Assembly (NCBI GenBank): GCA_020851415.1
Contig: JADZCU010000032.1
Coordinates: forward strand, 38,379-102,378
Reading direction: 5' to 3'
Length of the DNA: 64,000 bases
DNA from: Candidatus Peregrinibacteria bacterium
GTDB lineage: Bacteria > Patescibacteriota > Gracilibacteria > UBA1369
This document shows positions 10,822-19,860 of this stretch, piece by piece. Position 1 is the stretch's first letter, and every line of letters starts with the position of its first letter. The position numbers were made by a program, and so were the translations under genes. The notes beneath the pieces are model-generated. The model ran no database searches. It was given only the letters and a program-made list of their open reading frames with translations, and had not been told where the DNA came from.

Positions 10822-11300
10822 TATACCCTTTCAACCCTAAAAGTAAATAAAGGGAACAAGCCTACGTACAGGGAATAATAGCGAGTCGCTAAAGTTCTAT
10901 TGAGATGTAATTGCCCTTATAAGCATAAAAAAATAGCCAAAATCACTGTAGACAGAGAAATGGACACTGTCTACAATGCGAGCAAAGGATGTCCATTTCG
11001 TGTCCACTCTATGTCTATGGACATGGGTAGAGAGCTAACCGTTGTAATAGTATGTTCAATGTAGACAGAAAAACTGCTAGTAAATTATTAAAAGTTACCA
11101 CGCGCACAGTAGACAGATGGATCGCGGGTAACAGATTGTCTATAGAAAAAAGAGACGGAAGAATATGGCTCAGTAGAAAGGAAATTGATGACATGCGCAG
11201 CCGCGCCAAAGTAGACAGAGAATCTATGTCTACTACTGATTTGTCCATAGACAAATCAGTGTCCACTTCGGTAGACATGTCTATCGACTCTGTCCACGTC
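10727..11300. repeat. Dense array of GTAGACAG / TGTCTAC / TGTCCAY motifs spanning a divergent intergenic region and both flanking 5' coding ends
   Basis: Exact GTAGACAG occurs at 10740, 10751, 10948, 11061, 11109 and 11211, and GTAGACAT at 11271. The reverse form TGTCTAC occurs at 10968 and 11227. TGTCCAY occurs at 10990, 11001, 11242, 11260 and 11291, and ATGGACA at 10960 and 11017. Perfect inverted repeats are 10947-10955/10967-10975 and 10989-10996/11017-11024, and TAGACATGTCTA at 11272-11283 is a palindrome. Confidence 0.85.
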
Positions 11301-11687
11301 ATGTCGGACGATGAGAAATTACCAAAGTCTCCACGCGCTCAAAATAGCTATAAGGGTGAGGAGGGGGTTTATAAGAAACTTTTTGAAGAATCCCAGCAAG
11401 AACTCAAAGTAAAACAGGAGCGCCTGGAGGGCGCAAATTATAGGGTAGGACAACTTGAGGCGATGCTCAAGGAGGCCATTCCCCTGCTCGAGCACCAAAA
11501 AATGGTTATCCAGGAGCGCAGTCAAAAAGAACAGGCTCAAAATGCAATCATCGAATTAAGCGCAAATTTAAATACCACAGAAACCAAACTAAAGGATGAA
11601 AAGCTGAACAGAAAAGTATTCATGATCTTCCTTTTCATCATCATGCTCCTCCAGCCCCTCTGGTTATTATTGGCGCTCAAAAATTAA
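11052..11687 (+). CDS. HTH (excisionase/MerR-like) DNA-binding protein with coiled coil and C-terminal transmembrane anchor
   Basis: The N-terminus TASKLLKVTTRTVDRWIAGNRLSIEKRDGRIWLSRKEID looks like a helix-turn-helix. The middle region is a heptad-rich coiled coil. The C-terminus is VFMIFLFIIMLLQPLWLLLAL. Confidence 0.6.
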   Translation: MFNVDRKTASKLLKVTTRTVDRWIAGNRLSIEKRDGRIWLSRKEIDDMRSRAKVDRESMSTTDLSIDKSVSTSVDMSIDSVHVMSDDEKLPKSPRAQNSYKGEEGVYKKLFEESQQELKVKQERLEGANYRVGQLEAMLKEAIPLLEHQKMVIQERSQKEQAQNAIIELSANLNTTETKLKDEKLNRKVFMIFLFIIMLLQPLWLLLALKN

Positions 11688-12319
11688 AGCACTTTTTCCA
11701 TAGTAATCAGGTCCTTTTCCATTAGTTTCACTTCAAGTCCCGAAAGACTTTGATTGATACGCTGAAATATTCCTTGTGGCTGTTCCAGCGCGGATCTCAA
11801 AGTCGCTTTATCTCCAATCGCTTGAAACTCATATGGCGGTTTCAGAATAGATCCGTTCAGTACAATTTCGCCGTTTGGAATCGTGTCAAAGCCGTTGGTG
11901 GCATCAACCAGTCGGATATTGTTAATAGAAATAGCTTCAGCGCCCGCACTCAACAACTCATTTGTCATGTCAGTGAGCCATATATCCTGTACTTTTCCGT
12001 TAATGGTAACGCTTACTCCCGGTCCGGAAACATCTCTTCTTCCACTCAACATCTCGTACTTTTCAATCTCCTCACGAATTGCCTTCAGTGACTCTTCCTG
12101 ATCGTTTGTCTTGAAAAGCTGATTCTGCAAATCGGATATTTCGTCTTCCAGTTTCTCATTGGATTTTTTCAAAATCTGCAGCTCACGAAAAGCATCTGCG
12201 CGGGTATCACGTCCAAATACGGAAGCAACGTCGGTAAACGCCCTGGATTGAACTGCGATCAGCAACCCCACAACAATCGATGTAATCAATAATGATAATT
12301 CACGCTCACGAATGGTCAT
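11684..12319 (-). CDS. DUF881 domain protein (division-cluster associated family)
   Basis: It has an N-terminal TM segment, a coiled coil, then GPGVSVTING...LLSAGAEAISINNIRL...PPYEFQAIGD, which is typical of DUF881. Confidence 0.8.
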   Translation of the reverse strand: MTIRERELSLLITSIVVGLLIAVQSRAFTDVASVFGRDTRADAFRELQILKKSNEKLEDEISDLQNQLFKTNDQEESLKAIREEIEKYEMLSGRRDVSGPGVSVTINGKVQDIWLTDMTNELLSAGAEAISINNIRLVDATNGFDTIPNGEIVLNGSILKPPYEFQAIGDKATLRSALEQPQGIFQRINQSLSGLEVKLMEKDLITMEKVL

Positions 12320-13053
12320 GTAGGATTGTTAACTGGTTTCATATATTTAACCGAGAAATCTCCATTATAAACAGGAGCCAATAAGCCGTTTTTTATCGCA
12401 AAAGAAAATTGAATATTCTTGGATTTCTGGCGTTTATAAAGGTCTGGAAGTGCATTTACATCAGTAAGCCTCTGGCTCATGAGTTCAGTGTCACCAATCG
12501 CTACTACTGTAAATGGCGGGAGCAGATGAAAATTATTTACTAAAATGGTGTTACCAACAGAAGTAATGGACGTATTCGAAAGTATGCGCTGATCGTTAAT
12601 GGAAATAGCCTCAGCTCTTGCCGATCTCAGTACATTTATTAAATCACGAAGATCGGCTGCATGGATCAAAGATTGATCGATTGAGTCTACCTCATCACGT
12701 TTTACCAGTACCCCGTCATTGAGTGAAATCTCCACGCCATCGCCTTTCGCGGTTTCAAGTCCAACGCTTTTTTTCAATTCATTCAGTGTTTCAATCAATT
12801 TTTGATCGCCAAGGTTTTTAGACTGATCTTGAGTTTTTCCAATCTCATCACGCAAAACAACGATCTTACTTTTTAGCAAAGATTGATCATCAAGAAAATT
12901 CTTGATCAATTCCTTTTTAATGGCGAGTTCATCAGATGGATACGAGCTCGTAGGTACGGAACTCCTAAACTGTGAAGTTATGAGAAGTCCGATAAATACA
13001 CCGGATGCCACGAACACCAACTGCGTTCTAAAACTAGGTTCTGAGAATTTCAT
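12316..13053 (-). CDS. DUF881 domain protein (second paralog, 4-nt overlap with the downstream gene)
   Basis: It has the same architecture: GDGVEISLNDG..LRSARAEAISINDQRI..PPFTVVAIGD. Confidence 0.8.
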   Translation of the reverse strand: MKFSEPSFRTQLVFVASGVFIGLLITSQFRSSVPTSSYPSDELAIKKELIKNFLDDQSLLKSKIVVLRDEIGKTQDQSKNLGDQKLIETLNELKKSVGLETAKGDGVEISLNDGVLVKRDEVDSIDQSLIHAADLRDLINVLRSARAEAISINDQRILSNTSITSVGNTILVNNFHLLPPFTVVAIGDTELMSQRLTDVNALPDLYKRQKSKNIQFSFAIKNGLLAPVYNGDFSVKYMKPVNNPT

Positions 13054-13124
13054 AAATAAAAGAGAGTCTACTTAGAGTGTACTCAGGATCGCTCAAAAAG
13101 CAAAAGTATGTTTAAATTAAAAAG

Positions 13125-14240
13125 ATGCCATTCGCCTTCGATCAATCAGTCTTCGATTTTTTCCTGAGTACCCGAAACAACCAGCTGTTTAGCACCATGT
13201 TACTTCTGACGAACAATTTACTGTTCGTCGGCCTGGCCGGATTACTTGCCTATTTGGCGTTCCACAAAAAACGAAACGATCTGATTTTACTGGTTCTGTC
13301 AGTTTTTATTACCATCGCCTCAGCATACCTGCTCAAGAAAGTTTTTCAGATACCCCGCCCTTCCGCCACTGAAGATTTAGCTAAACTTCTCTTCACACAG
13401 GTAGCTCTTTACTCCTTTCCGAGCCTGCATGCCGCAGTTTGTTTTTCCGTGTGGCCGCTCTTCTGCAAACTTTTCAAAAATATCTGGCTTAAAATTTTTG
13501 TCTTCCTCTACATCATACTCATCATATTCAGTCGCCTCTATTTGGGCGTTCATTATGTAAGCGACTTGGTAGCGGGAGCGGCGCTCGGCTACCTGACAGG
13601 ATATTTCTTCCTCTACCTGCAAACAAAGTACAAAGCCATCGATTGGTTCATTCACCACGTAAAAGACAAACTTGAATTACGTCGTCAGATCGCCCACTTC
13701 GTCATGGGAATAACAATAGTCCTTTTACTGAAATACGGGATTTTAAATATTCCTATTATTACAGCCGTAATAGTTGTCGGCGGACTTATTTCAATCATAT
13801 CCAGATTCATAAAAGTACCGCTCGTATATCCAATTCTCCGCTTCTTCGAACGTCCAAAAGAGATGAAACTTTTCCCGGGCAAAGGAGCATTTTTCTTCGC
13901 GCTCGGAACACTCGTAGTTTTACATCTCTATGAAATAAACATCGCCATGGCTTCAATTGTCATAATGGCCGTAGGGGATTCAATAACCACAATCATTGGT
14001 ACATATTTTGGACGCCTCAAAAACCCCTTAAATCCGGAAAAGCATTTGGAAGGAACAGTGCTGGCCATTTTTGCCTCAACAATAGCCGCTTTCTACATAG
14101 TCGATTTTCATCAGGCATTTTTGGCAAGCACCATAGGCATGGCTTTTGAATCCATCACAAGCCGAAAAATAGATCGAATAATCGATGACAATCTCCTCAT
14201 CCCTTTGGTGGCAGGTGCGGTTATGACAGTACTCGGTTAA
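13125..14240 (+). CDS. Fusion protein: N-terminal PAP2 lipid phosphatase plus C-terminal polyprenol/dolichol-kinase-like (CTP_transf_1 family) domain
   Basis: The PAP2 motifs KKVFQIPRP, FPSLHAA and SRLYLGVHYVSD are present. The C-terminal half carries GDSITTIIGTYFGRLK..PEKHLEGTV, as in the CdsA/dolichol-kinase family. Confidence 0.7.
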   Translation: MPFAFDQSVFDFFLSTRNNQLFSTMLLLTNNLLFVGLAGLLAYLAFHKKRNDLILLVLSVFITIASAYLLKKVFQIPRPSATEDLAKLLFTQVALYSFPSLHAAVCFSVWPLFCKLFKNIWLKIFVFLYIILIIFSRLYLGVHYVSDLVAGAALGYLTGYFFLYLQTKYKAIDWFIHHVKDKLELRRQIAHFVMGITIVLLLKYGILNIPIITAVIVVGGLISIISRFIKVPLVYPILRFFERPKEMKLFPGKGAFFFALGTLVVLHLYEINIAMASIVIMAVGDSITTIIGTYFGRLKNPLNPEKHLEGTVLAIFASTIAAFYIVDFHQAFLASTIGMAFESITSRKIDRIIDDNLLIPLVAGAVMTVLG

Positions 14241-14256
14241 CCACTAACCTCTCACT

Positions 14257-16053
14257 CTACTCCCACTCAATCGTCCCCGGTGGTTTATTTGTCACATCAT
14301 AAAACACCGCAGTCACGCCGGGTATTTTCATCAATCGGTCGGATAACTCTTTCACCAATGCCAAATCCATTTGGTAAAAATTTGCCGTCATCGCCTCTTC
14401 AGATTCCACCGGACGAAGCACAATAGATTCACCGGCATCACTGTTTACGCTCATCGGTAAGAGCACGGTAGGAAACTGCCATATCGCTCGGCTCAATCCC
14501 TTTTCTACAATAAATTTCATCACCACATCATCAGCCTGCTGCAAAACAGCAATACGTTCGGGTGTTAAATACCTCTTATGTGCTTTCACATTTTGAATAG
14601 AATTCCCTGAGACAAACCACAAAACACGATTCAATTCTTTTTCTTCATTGATAATCACTGTAGCCAAACGCTCCAAAGTTTCAAAAGTAGTACTTCCCAT
14701 CATCACAACTGGATGACGATAAGTTCTAAAATCACCCTGCACACCAACACTCTGAATCGGCAAAATTTTAGTCTTCAATTTTTCCGCGGCAAAAGCTTTA
14801 TCCAATTTTTGTTCCAGCAAATTTGCATTATGCGGAAGGTTCGCTTCAAACGAACACAAACACCTCACGGCAAGCCCGGGACCAGGGAATGGATGTCGCC
14901 AAACCATGGCTTCTGGAAGACCTAATTTCATACCAACCTCACGCACTTCATCCTTGTAAAGTTGTGCCAAAGGCTCAATAATTTTCCCCTGTTTAATAAG
15001 CTCTTCAATCTCCGGAACACGATTATGGTGTGTCTTAATTTTCGCTGCATGTTTCGTTCCGCCGCTTTCAATCGTATCCGGATAAATCGTTCCCTGACCA
15101 AGCAGCCACTCTTCAGGATTTAATTCCAACTCTTTCGCAATATCCGCCTGAACCTTCAAAAACAGATCACCAATAATTTTACGTTTCGCTTCCGGATCAT
15201 AAATATCTTTCAAAGCATCAAAATATCTATCGCGCGCATCTTTCACATGCAGGTTATTAAAACCAAGAGCGATCAAACTTTCCTCTACCTGTTGTCGCTC
15301 ATTCAAGCGCAAAAAGCCAGTATCAACAAACAGCCCATACACACGATCCGCACCCAAAGCTTTATCCAAAAGAGCAAACGCCACAGTCGAATCCACACCA
15401 CCGCTCACCAACATAAACACCTTCTTATCACCAACCTTTTCCCGAACCTTTTTCATCTCATCATCAATAAACATCTGAATACTCCATTCACGTTTCACCT
15501 GGCAAATATCCAAAAAGTTTTCCAACATTTTCATACCATTTTTCGTATGAGTCACCTCAAAGTGAAACTGAAACCCATAAAAATTTTTCTCAAAATTTGC
15601 CATGGCCGCATTCTCACCAGGGGACTCACCAATCACTTCATATCCCTCAGGAAGAACCTTCACCGAATCCCCATGACTCATCCATACAGTTTCCGAAGGC
15701 CCCAAGCCCTTAAATACCCCCTCGGCCTTCAGCACTTTTACCTCCGCCAAGCCATATTCGCGAAAGTCCGCCGGCTCCACTTTAGCCCCTTGCAGGTATG
15801 CCAATAATTGATGCCCATAACAAATCCCCAAAATCGGAACACCCAACTTCAAAATTTCAGGATCACATTTCACAGAATCCGGATCATACACGCTCTGCGG
15901 CCCCCCCGAAAAAATAATCCCTTTATACTCTTTCAATTTTTCCGCAGGAGTTTCAGCTTCCAAAATCTCACTATACACATTCAGTCTTCTCACACGATTC
16001 GCAATCAAATGTGCATACTGTCCCCCAAAATCAAGAACTGCTATCTTATCCAT
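14257..16053 (-). CDS. guaA: GMP synthase (glutamine-hydrolysing)
   Basis: It has an N-terminal GATase (ILGICYGHQLL), an ATP-PPase P-loop (SGGVDSTV) and the C-terminal signature PPGTIEWE. Confidence 0.95.
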   Translation of the reverse strand: MDKIAVLDFGGQYAHLIANRVRRLNVYSEILEAETPAEKLKEYKGIIFSGGPQSVYDPDSVKCDPEILKLGVPILGICYGHQLLAYLQGAKVEPADFREYGLAEVKVLKAEGVFKGLGPSETVWMSHGDSVKVLPEGYEVIGESPGENAAMANFEKNFYGFQFHFEVTHTKNGMKMLENFLDICQVKREWSIQMFIDDEMKKVREKVGDKKVFMLVSGGVDSTVAFALLDKALGADRVYGLFVDTGFLRLNERQQVEESLIALGFNNLHVKDARDRYFDALKDIYDPEAKRKIIGDLFLKVQADIAKELELNPEEWLLGQGTIYPDTIESGGTKHAAKIKTHHNRVPEIEELIKQGKIIEPLAQLYKDEVREVGMKLGLPEAMVWRHPFPGPGLAVRCLCSFEANLPHNANLLEQKLDKAFAAEKLKTKILPIQSVGVQGDFRTYRHPVVMMGSTTFETLERLATVIINEEKELNRVLWFVSGNSIQNVKAHKRYLTPERIAVLQQADDVVMKFIVEKGLSRAIWQFPTVLLPMSVNSDAGESIVLRPVESEEAMTANFYQMDLALVKELSDRLMKIPGVTAVFYDVTNKPPGTIEWE

Positions 16054-16191
16054 AAAAAACAAAAGGTACTCCTAATATATTCACCAAACCCTCTTTATTC
16101 AATACAATAAATATAAAAAATAAAAACAAATGTGTCCTGCTGCCCCGAGCCGTACTGTAAGGAGTAGCCCCAAGTCTAAATTCTCCTCCAT

Positions 16192-16863
16192 ATGAACCCA
16201 ATTCAAAATACCAATATAAAACCCACTCAACCACCACAAAAAATCCGCACCTGGCCGCTCATACTCATTGCGCTTGCAGGTCTGGTTTCAGTCATAAGCT
16301 TGATTTTACTGATCCCTCAATATCTCCAAAAGCCGCTCTCCCAGCTCCAAACCAGCATTCTTCAAATCTCTTTTCAGGGTACCCCGCCCGGCACAACCCA
16401 AACTCCACCACTAACAGAAAGTGCATTATTCAGCGCCTCGGACGCCCCGCAGTACAAAGTCACCCGCGTCGTCGACGGCGACACCATAGTAGTAAACATC
16501 AACGGTCAGGATGAGAAAATCCGTCTCATCGGTGTGAACACCCCAGAATCCGTCGACCAGCGCCGCCCAGTTGAATGCTTCGGCCTCGAAGCCTCAAACT
16601 ACACCAAATCCCTCCTCGAAAACCAAAACGTCATCCTGGAATCCGATCCAACCCAGGGCAACACCGACAAATACGGCCGCCTTCTGCGATACATTTTCCT
16701 ACCAGACGGTACCAACATCAACCTCCACCTCATACAGTCCGGCTACGCCCACGAATACACCTACAACAAACCCTACAAATACCAAAACCAGTTCAAGCTC
16801 GCCCAAACCCAGGCCGAAGCCTCCCAAAAAGGTCTCTGGTCCCCGAACACCTGCAACCCCTAA
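16192..16863 (+). CDS. nuc: Membrane-anchored thermonuclease (staphylococcal nuclease homolog)
   Basis: An N-terminal TM segment is followed by VTRVVDGDTIVV..IRLIGVNTPES..YGRLLRYIF..GYAHEY, the SNase pattern. Confidence 0.85.
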   Translation: MNPIQNTNIKPTQPPQKIRTWPLILIALAGLVSVISLILLIPQYLQKPLSQLQTSILQISFQGTPPGTTQTPPLTESALFSASDAPQYKVTRVVDGDTIVVNINGQDEKIRLIGVNTPESVDQRRPVECFGLEASNYTKSLLENQNVILESDPTQGNTDKYGRLLRYIFLPDGTNINLHLIQSGYAHEYTYNKPYKYQNQFKLAQTQAEASQKGLWSPNTCNP

Positions 16864-17014
16864 AACACCACAAAATCCATTCAAATTGCTCAAGAAATCA
16901 ACTCGAAAACAGCTTACGGAAGCCAAAATAGCCAAATTGAAAAGAATATTGTAATACATTAGAAACCAAACCCGTTAACACTCACCAAACATCACTAATC
17001 TTAATTTCATTCAT

Positions 17015-18343
17015 ATGAAGTTTTATCGTTTTCTTTCCGTCGGCCTGGTACTCTGCACACTCATGGCTAACGTAGGCGTAACTCTTGCAGAAACAGAAAT
17101 GTTGCCCTTCAAAGATGTCACAATGGACAACCCAAATTTCCAGGCCATCGTCGCCCTAAAAGAAAAAGGCATCATCAGCGGTTATCCAGATGGTACTTTC
17201 AAACCAAACCAGGTAGTAAATCGTGCCGAGGCCCTCAAAATGATCTATGGCATTGATGATCTCAAAACTTGGAGCCCAGTAGATGGCGCAATCTTCGGTG
17301 GTGCAACAGTTGATGTTCCTTTCACAGACATCGACAAAAACGCCTGGTACTTTGAATACCTCCAACGCGCCATGAACGACGGAGTAGTAAAAGGATATCC
17401 AGATAACACCTTCAAACCAGAACAAACAGTAAACACCGTTGAAAATCTCAAAATGCTCATGGAACACACATTCCTTCGTGTAGACCCCGAAGCTTTGGAA
17501 GAACAAAAAGAAATACTTCCAGCATTCTCCGATGTTGCAAATGACTCTTGGTATGCTCGATATGTTTCCTATGCACGTGAAAAAGGAGTTATCAGTGCCG
17601 ATGCAAGCAACAAGCTCTATCCATCAGCAGGCATGACCCGTGGCAAACTCGCTCAGGCCATCTACAATATGTATAAAGTCGACGAAAAATCCACCAACTA
17701 CTCAGTAAGCCGTGACGCAGTTAAGAACAAATATGTTCTCTTCAATGATATTGGCGAAACAGAAGTTGCTGAACTCCCTGAAACAGTAACAGAAAACGAA
17801 GAAGTTGATGCCACAATCTCAAAAATCACCGATAAATACGCATACGTTTCACTCTGCGCTACAGGCTTCGGCGGATACATTTGGTACGGTTTCTGCTACG
17901 GCACTACCTACCGCATCGACCTTGCAACAGGTGAAGTAGTAAATGCTGACTCAAGAACAGACACAGCATTCCACCTCAACTTCATGGACGCATCTCCAGA
18001 TGGCATGTGGACAGCTTGGACAAGCCAGGATACAGAGCACAAGATCTACGTTTTACCAGCTCCAGGAAATGAAAGTGGCGTTATGAAAATCTTCAACGTA
18101 GACGAAATGTACGGACAATTCGGTGACGTAAAATTCTCACCAGATGGAAAACAATTAGCCTACGCAGCCATCGTTGCAAACCCTGAAGAAGAGTTTACTG
18201 CTATCTACACCATCGACATTGCTACAGAAGAACAAACCACAGTATTAGAAGGTCTCGGTGGCCCGGATCAGATCGTCGGTTGGGAAGGTGAAACTGTTCT
18301 CTATACAGACGCCAGCTTCGATTTCCCTCCAATGGCTCTCTAA
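17015..18343 (+). CDS. SLH-domain surface protein with C-terminal TolB/beta-propeller-like region
   Basis: It has a signal peptide and three SLH repeats (GYPDGTFKPNQVVNRAE, GYPDNTFKPEQTVNTVE, ...). The C-terminus contains FSPDGKQLAY. Confidence 0.7.
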   Translation: MKFYRFLSVGLVLCTLMANVGVTLAETEMLPFKDVTMDNPNFQAIVALKEKGIISGYPDGTFKPNQVVNRAEALKMIYGIDDLKTWSPVDGAIFGGATVDVPFTDIDKNAWYFEYLQRAMNDGVVKGYPDNTFKPEQTVNTVENLKMLMEHTFLRVDPEALEEQKEILPAFSDVANDSWYARYVSYAREKGVISADASNKLYPSAGMTRGKLAQAIYNMYKVDEKSTNYSVSRDAVKNKYVLFNDIGETEVAELPETVTENEEVDATISKITDKYAYVSLCATGFGGYIWYGFCYGTTYRIDLATGEVVNADSRTDTAFHLNFMDASPDGMWTAWTSQDTEHKIYVLPAPGNESGVMKIFNVDEMYGQFGDVKFSPDGKQLAYAAIVANPEEEFTAIYTIDIATEEQTTVLEGLGGPDQIVGWEGETVLYTDASFDFPPMAL

Positions 18344-18382
18344 TAGCAAATTCCAAGAATCAACTAAGTCTCAAATATACAC

Positions 18383-18409
18383 AAAAGCCCTGCACACAGC
18401 AGGGCTTTT
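18383..18409. terminator. Bidirectional rho-independent terminator between convergent genes
   Basis: The stem GCCCTGC / GCAGGGC is flanked by A4 upstream and T4 downstream. Confidence 0.65.
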
Positions 18410-18435
18410 CTTATAACAACCAAATCATGCAAAAA

Positions 18436-19791
18436 CTACATCGCCAACTTTTTTTCATGATGATGCTCGGTCTTTTTTTCCTCTTTCTGAATAACTTTTA
18501 TTTCAAACAGATAACATAATCCAACCATAATCCAGAACGCATAAGCAATCTCCTGCTGCCAATAATAAGAATCAATAAGCCCATGAATCATAATCGCCAG
18601 TAGCACAAAAACCGCAGGTGAATGCGAAGAAAATTTAAATCTCCAAAAAATACCACATACCAAAACAAACATCGCCAGAACTCCAAATATACCTAAATTC
18701 GTCCAAAAACTCATAAAGAAATTATGGGCATGAGGTGGAACATGTGACTCATTTAACTTATGCCCCAAAACTTTTTCCTGATGCGAAGCAAAATAACTTT
18801 GATACTGATTCAACCCCACACCAAGCAGCGGATTTGAGCTAATAATAGCCAAATTCATCTTATAAATGTCCACCCGGCTGGTTGCCGAAGTATCAAACCG
18901 GAACTCCTGCTGTCCCGTTAAAATTTGAAATTTCTTCGTCTGCATCACAACCCCAAGACCTACGGCTCCCACCAAAAAACATGCAACAAAAATCACCAAA
19001 AATTTCTTCCATGGCAGTGCCCTCAAACAATAAAAAAGCGATACAAAACCGACCGCAACAAATCCACCATAAGACTGCGTAAGAGCTAAAACCATCGAAC
19101 TAACAACAAGAGCACTTATCCAAAAAAACACGTCCTTCTTTTTTTTTGGCATTTTCGCCTCGTACATTTGCACCAGTTTGGCAAATGAGAGAATCACCGT
19201 TGGCATAACAAAAAACGCCGCCCAGTTGGCGCTCCCAGATTTTAGCGTAAGAAAATCAATATATGGCCACGTCAGGCGACCAGTGAAATCCCGCATAGCG
19301 CCGGGAAAAATCCCGCTTACAAACTGTAACAAAGCCAGTAATCCAAATGTCATCACCATACCCACGTAACTTTTCAATAACCTCTCCACCATCGATTCAT
19401 TCAATGTTCGAATCAATAAAACAGTTACCAACATCGGATACAAAAACAACCCTCTAAAATACTCCGAAGGTGTCGTAAGAATCGGCTCATAAGTAGCCTG
19501 AAAAACCAGTTCCAAAACGCCAGCCAACAACAATAAACCAATGGCAATCAGCAACTCTAACGGCAACTTCCGTTCAGTAAATCCTATTTTTTTTGTCGCA
19601 ATACCAACCACTACAAACGCCAACAAAAAAGAAACAAAAACATCCGTAACCGTAAAATAATCAAAAAAATAAGCACCTTTAAAAATCCGTTGGAACGGCA
19701 AAAATTTCTGGAAATTCACCTGAAAAACCCCAAGCAGGATTGCCCACGGCAGAAATAAAACCAGTTTTTCATACATTTTTTTCACCCACAC
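18436..19791 (-). CDS. O-antigen ligase (Wzy_C) family polytopic membrane protein
   Basis: It has roughly 10-12 TM helices and a periplasmic loop followed by PPHAHNFFMSFWTNLGIFG, which is typical of the family. Confidence 0.7.
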   Translation of the reverse strand: MWVKKMYEKLVLFLPWAILLGVFQVNFQKFLPFQRIFKGAYFFDYFTVTDVFVSFLLAFVVVGIATKKIGFTERKLPLELLIAIGLLLLAGVLELVFQATYEPILTTPSEYFRGLFLYPMLVTVLLIRTLNESMVERLLKSYVGMVMTFGLLALLQFVSGIFPGAMRDFTGRLTWPYIDFLTLKSGSANWAAFFVMPTVILSFAKLVQMYEAKMPKKKKDVFFWISALVVSSMVLALTQSYGGFVAVGFVSLFYCLRALPWKKFLVIFVACFLVGAVGLGVVMQTKKFQILTGQQEFRFDTSATSRVDIYKMNLAIISSNPLLGVGLNQYQSYFASHQEKVLGHKLNESHVPPHAHNFFMSFWTNLGIFGVLAMFVLVCGIFWRFKFSSHSPAVFVLLAIMIHGLIDSYYWQQEIAYAFWIMVGLCYLFEIKVIQKEEKKTEHHHEKKLAM

Positions 19792-19831
19792 ATCTTAATT
19801 CATCCCTGATAAAAAGCCAAAACGAACATAT

Positions 19832-19860
19832 TTGACATAAATGCTAAAATATTATACAAT
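19832..19860 (+). promoter_or_regulatory. Sigma70-type promoter (TTGACA, 17-nt spacer, TACAAT)
   Basis: TTGACA lies at 19832-19837 and TACAAT at 19855-19860, with an exact 17-nt spacer. The promoter sits about 365 nt upstream of the lysyl-tRNA synthetase start. Confidence 0.45.

Noticed and set aside
10727-11300. Chromosomal replication origin (DnaA-box cluster), because TGTCCAC resembles the TTATCCACA core
   Set aside because: The dominant motif is GTAGACAG, not a DnaA box. The TGTCCAC copies each carry 2-3 mismatches to the 9-mer consensus. No dnaA or dnaN gene and no clear AT-rich unwinding element lies nearby. The idea is kept only as an alternative to test by GC skew.
15247-16110. ORFs of 186 and 100 aa antisense to guaA
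   Set aside because: They lie within a full-length, highly conserved guaA gene, and their composition is His/Gln/Lys-rich nonsense.
16571-16959. Overlapping Pro/Thr-rich ORFs in alternative frames of the nuclease gene 3' region
   Set aside because: The SNase frame carries the conserved catalytic pattern. The alternative frames only reflect the ACC/CCA-rich codon composition.
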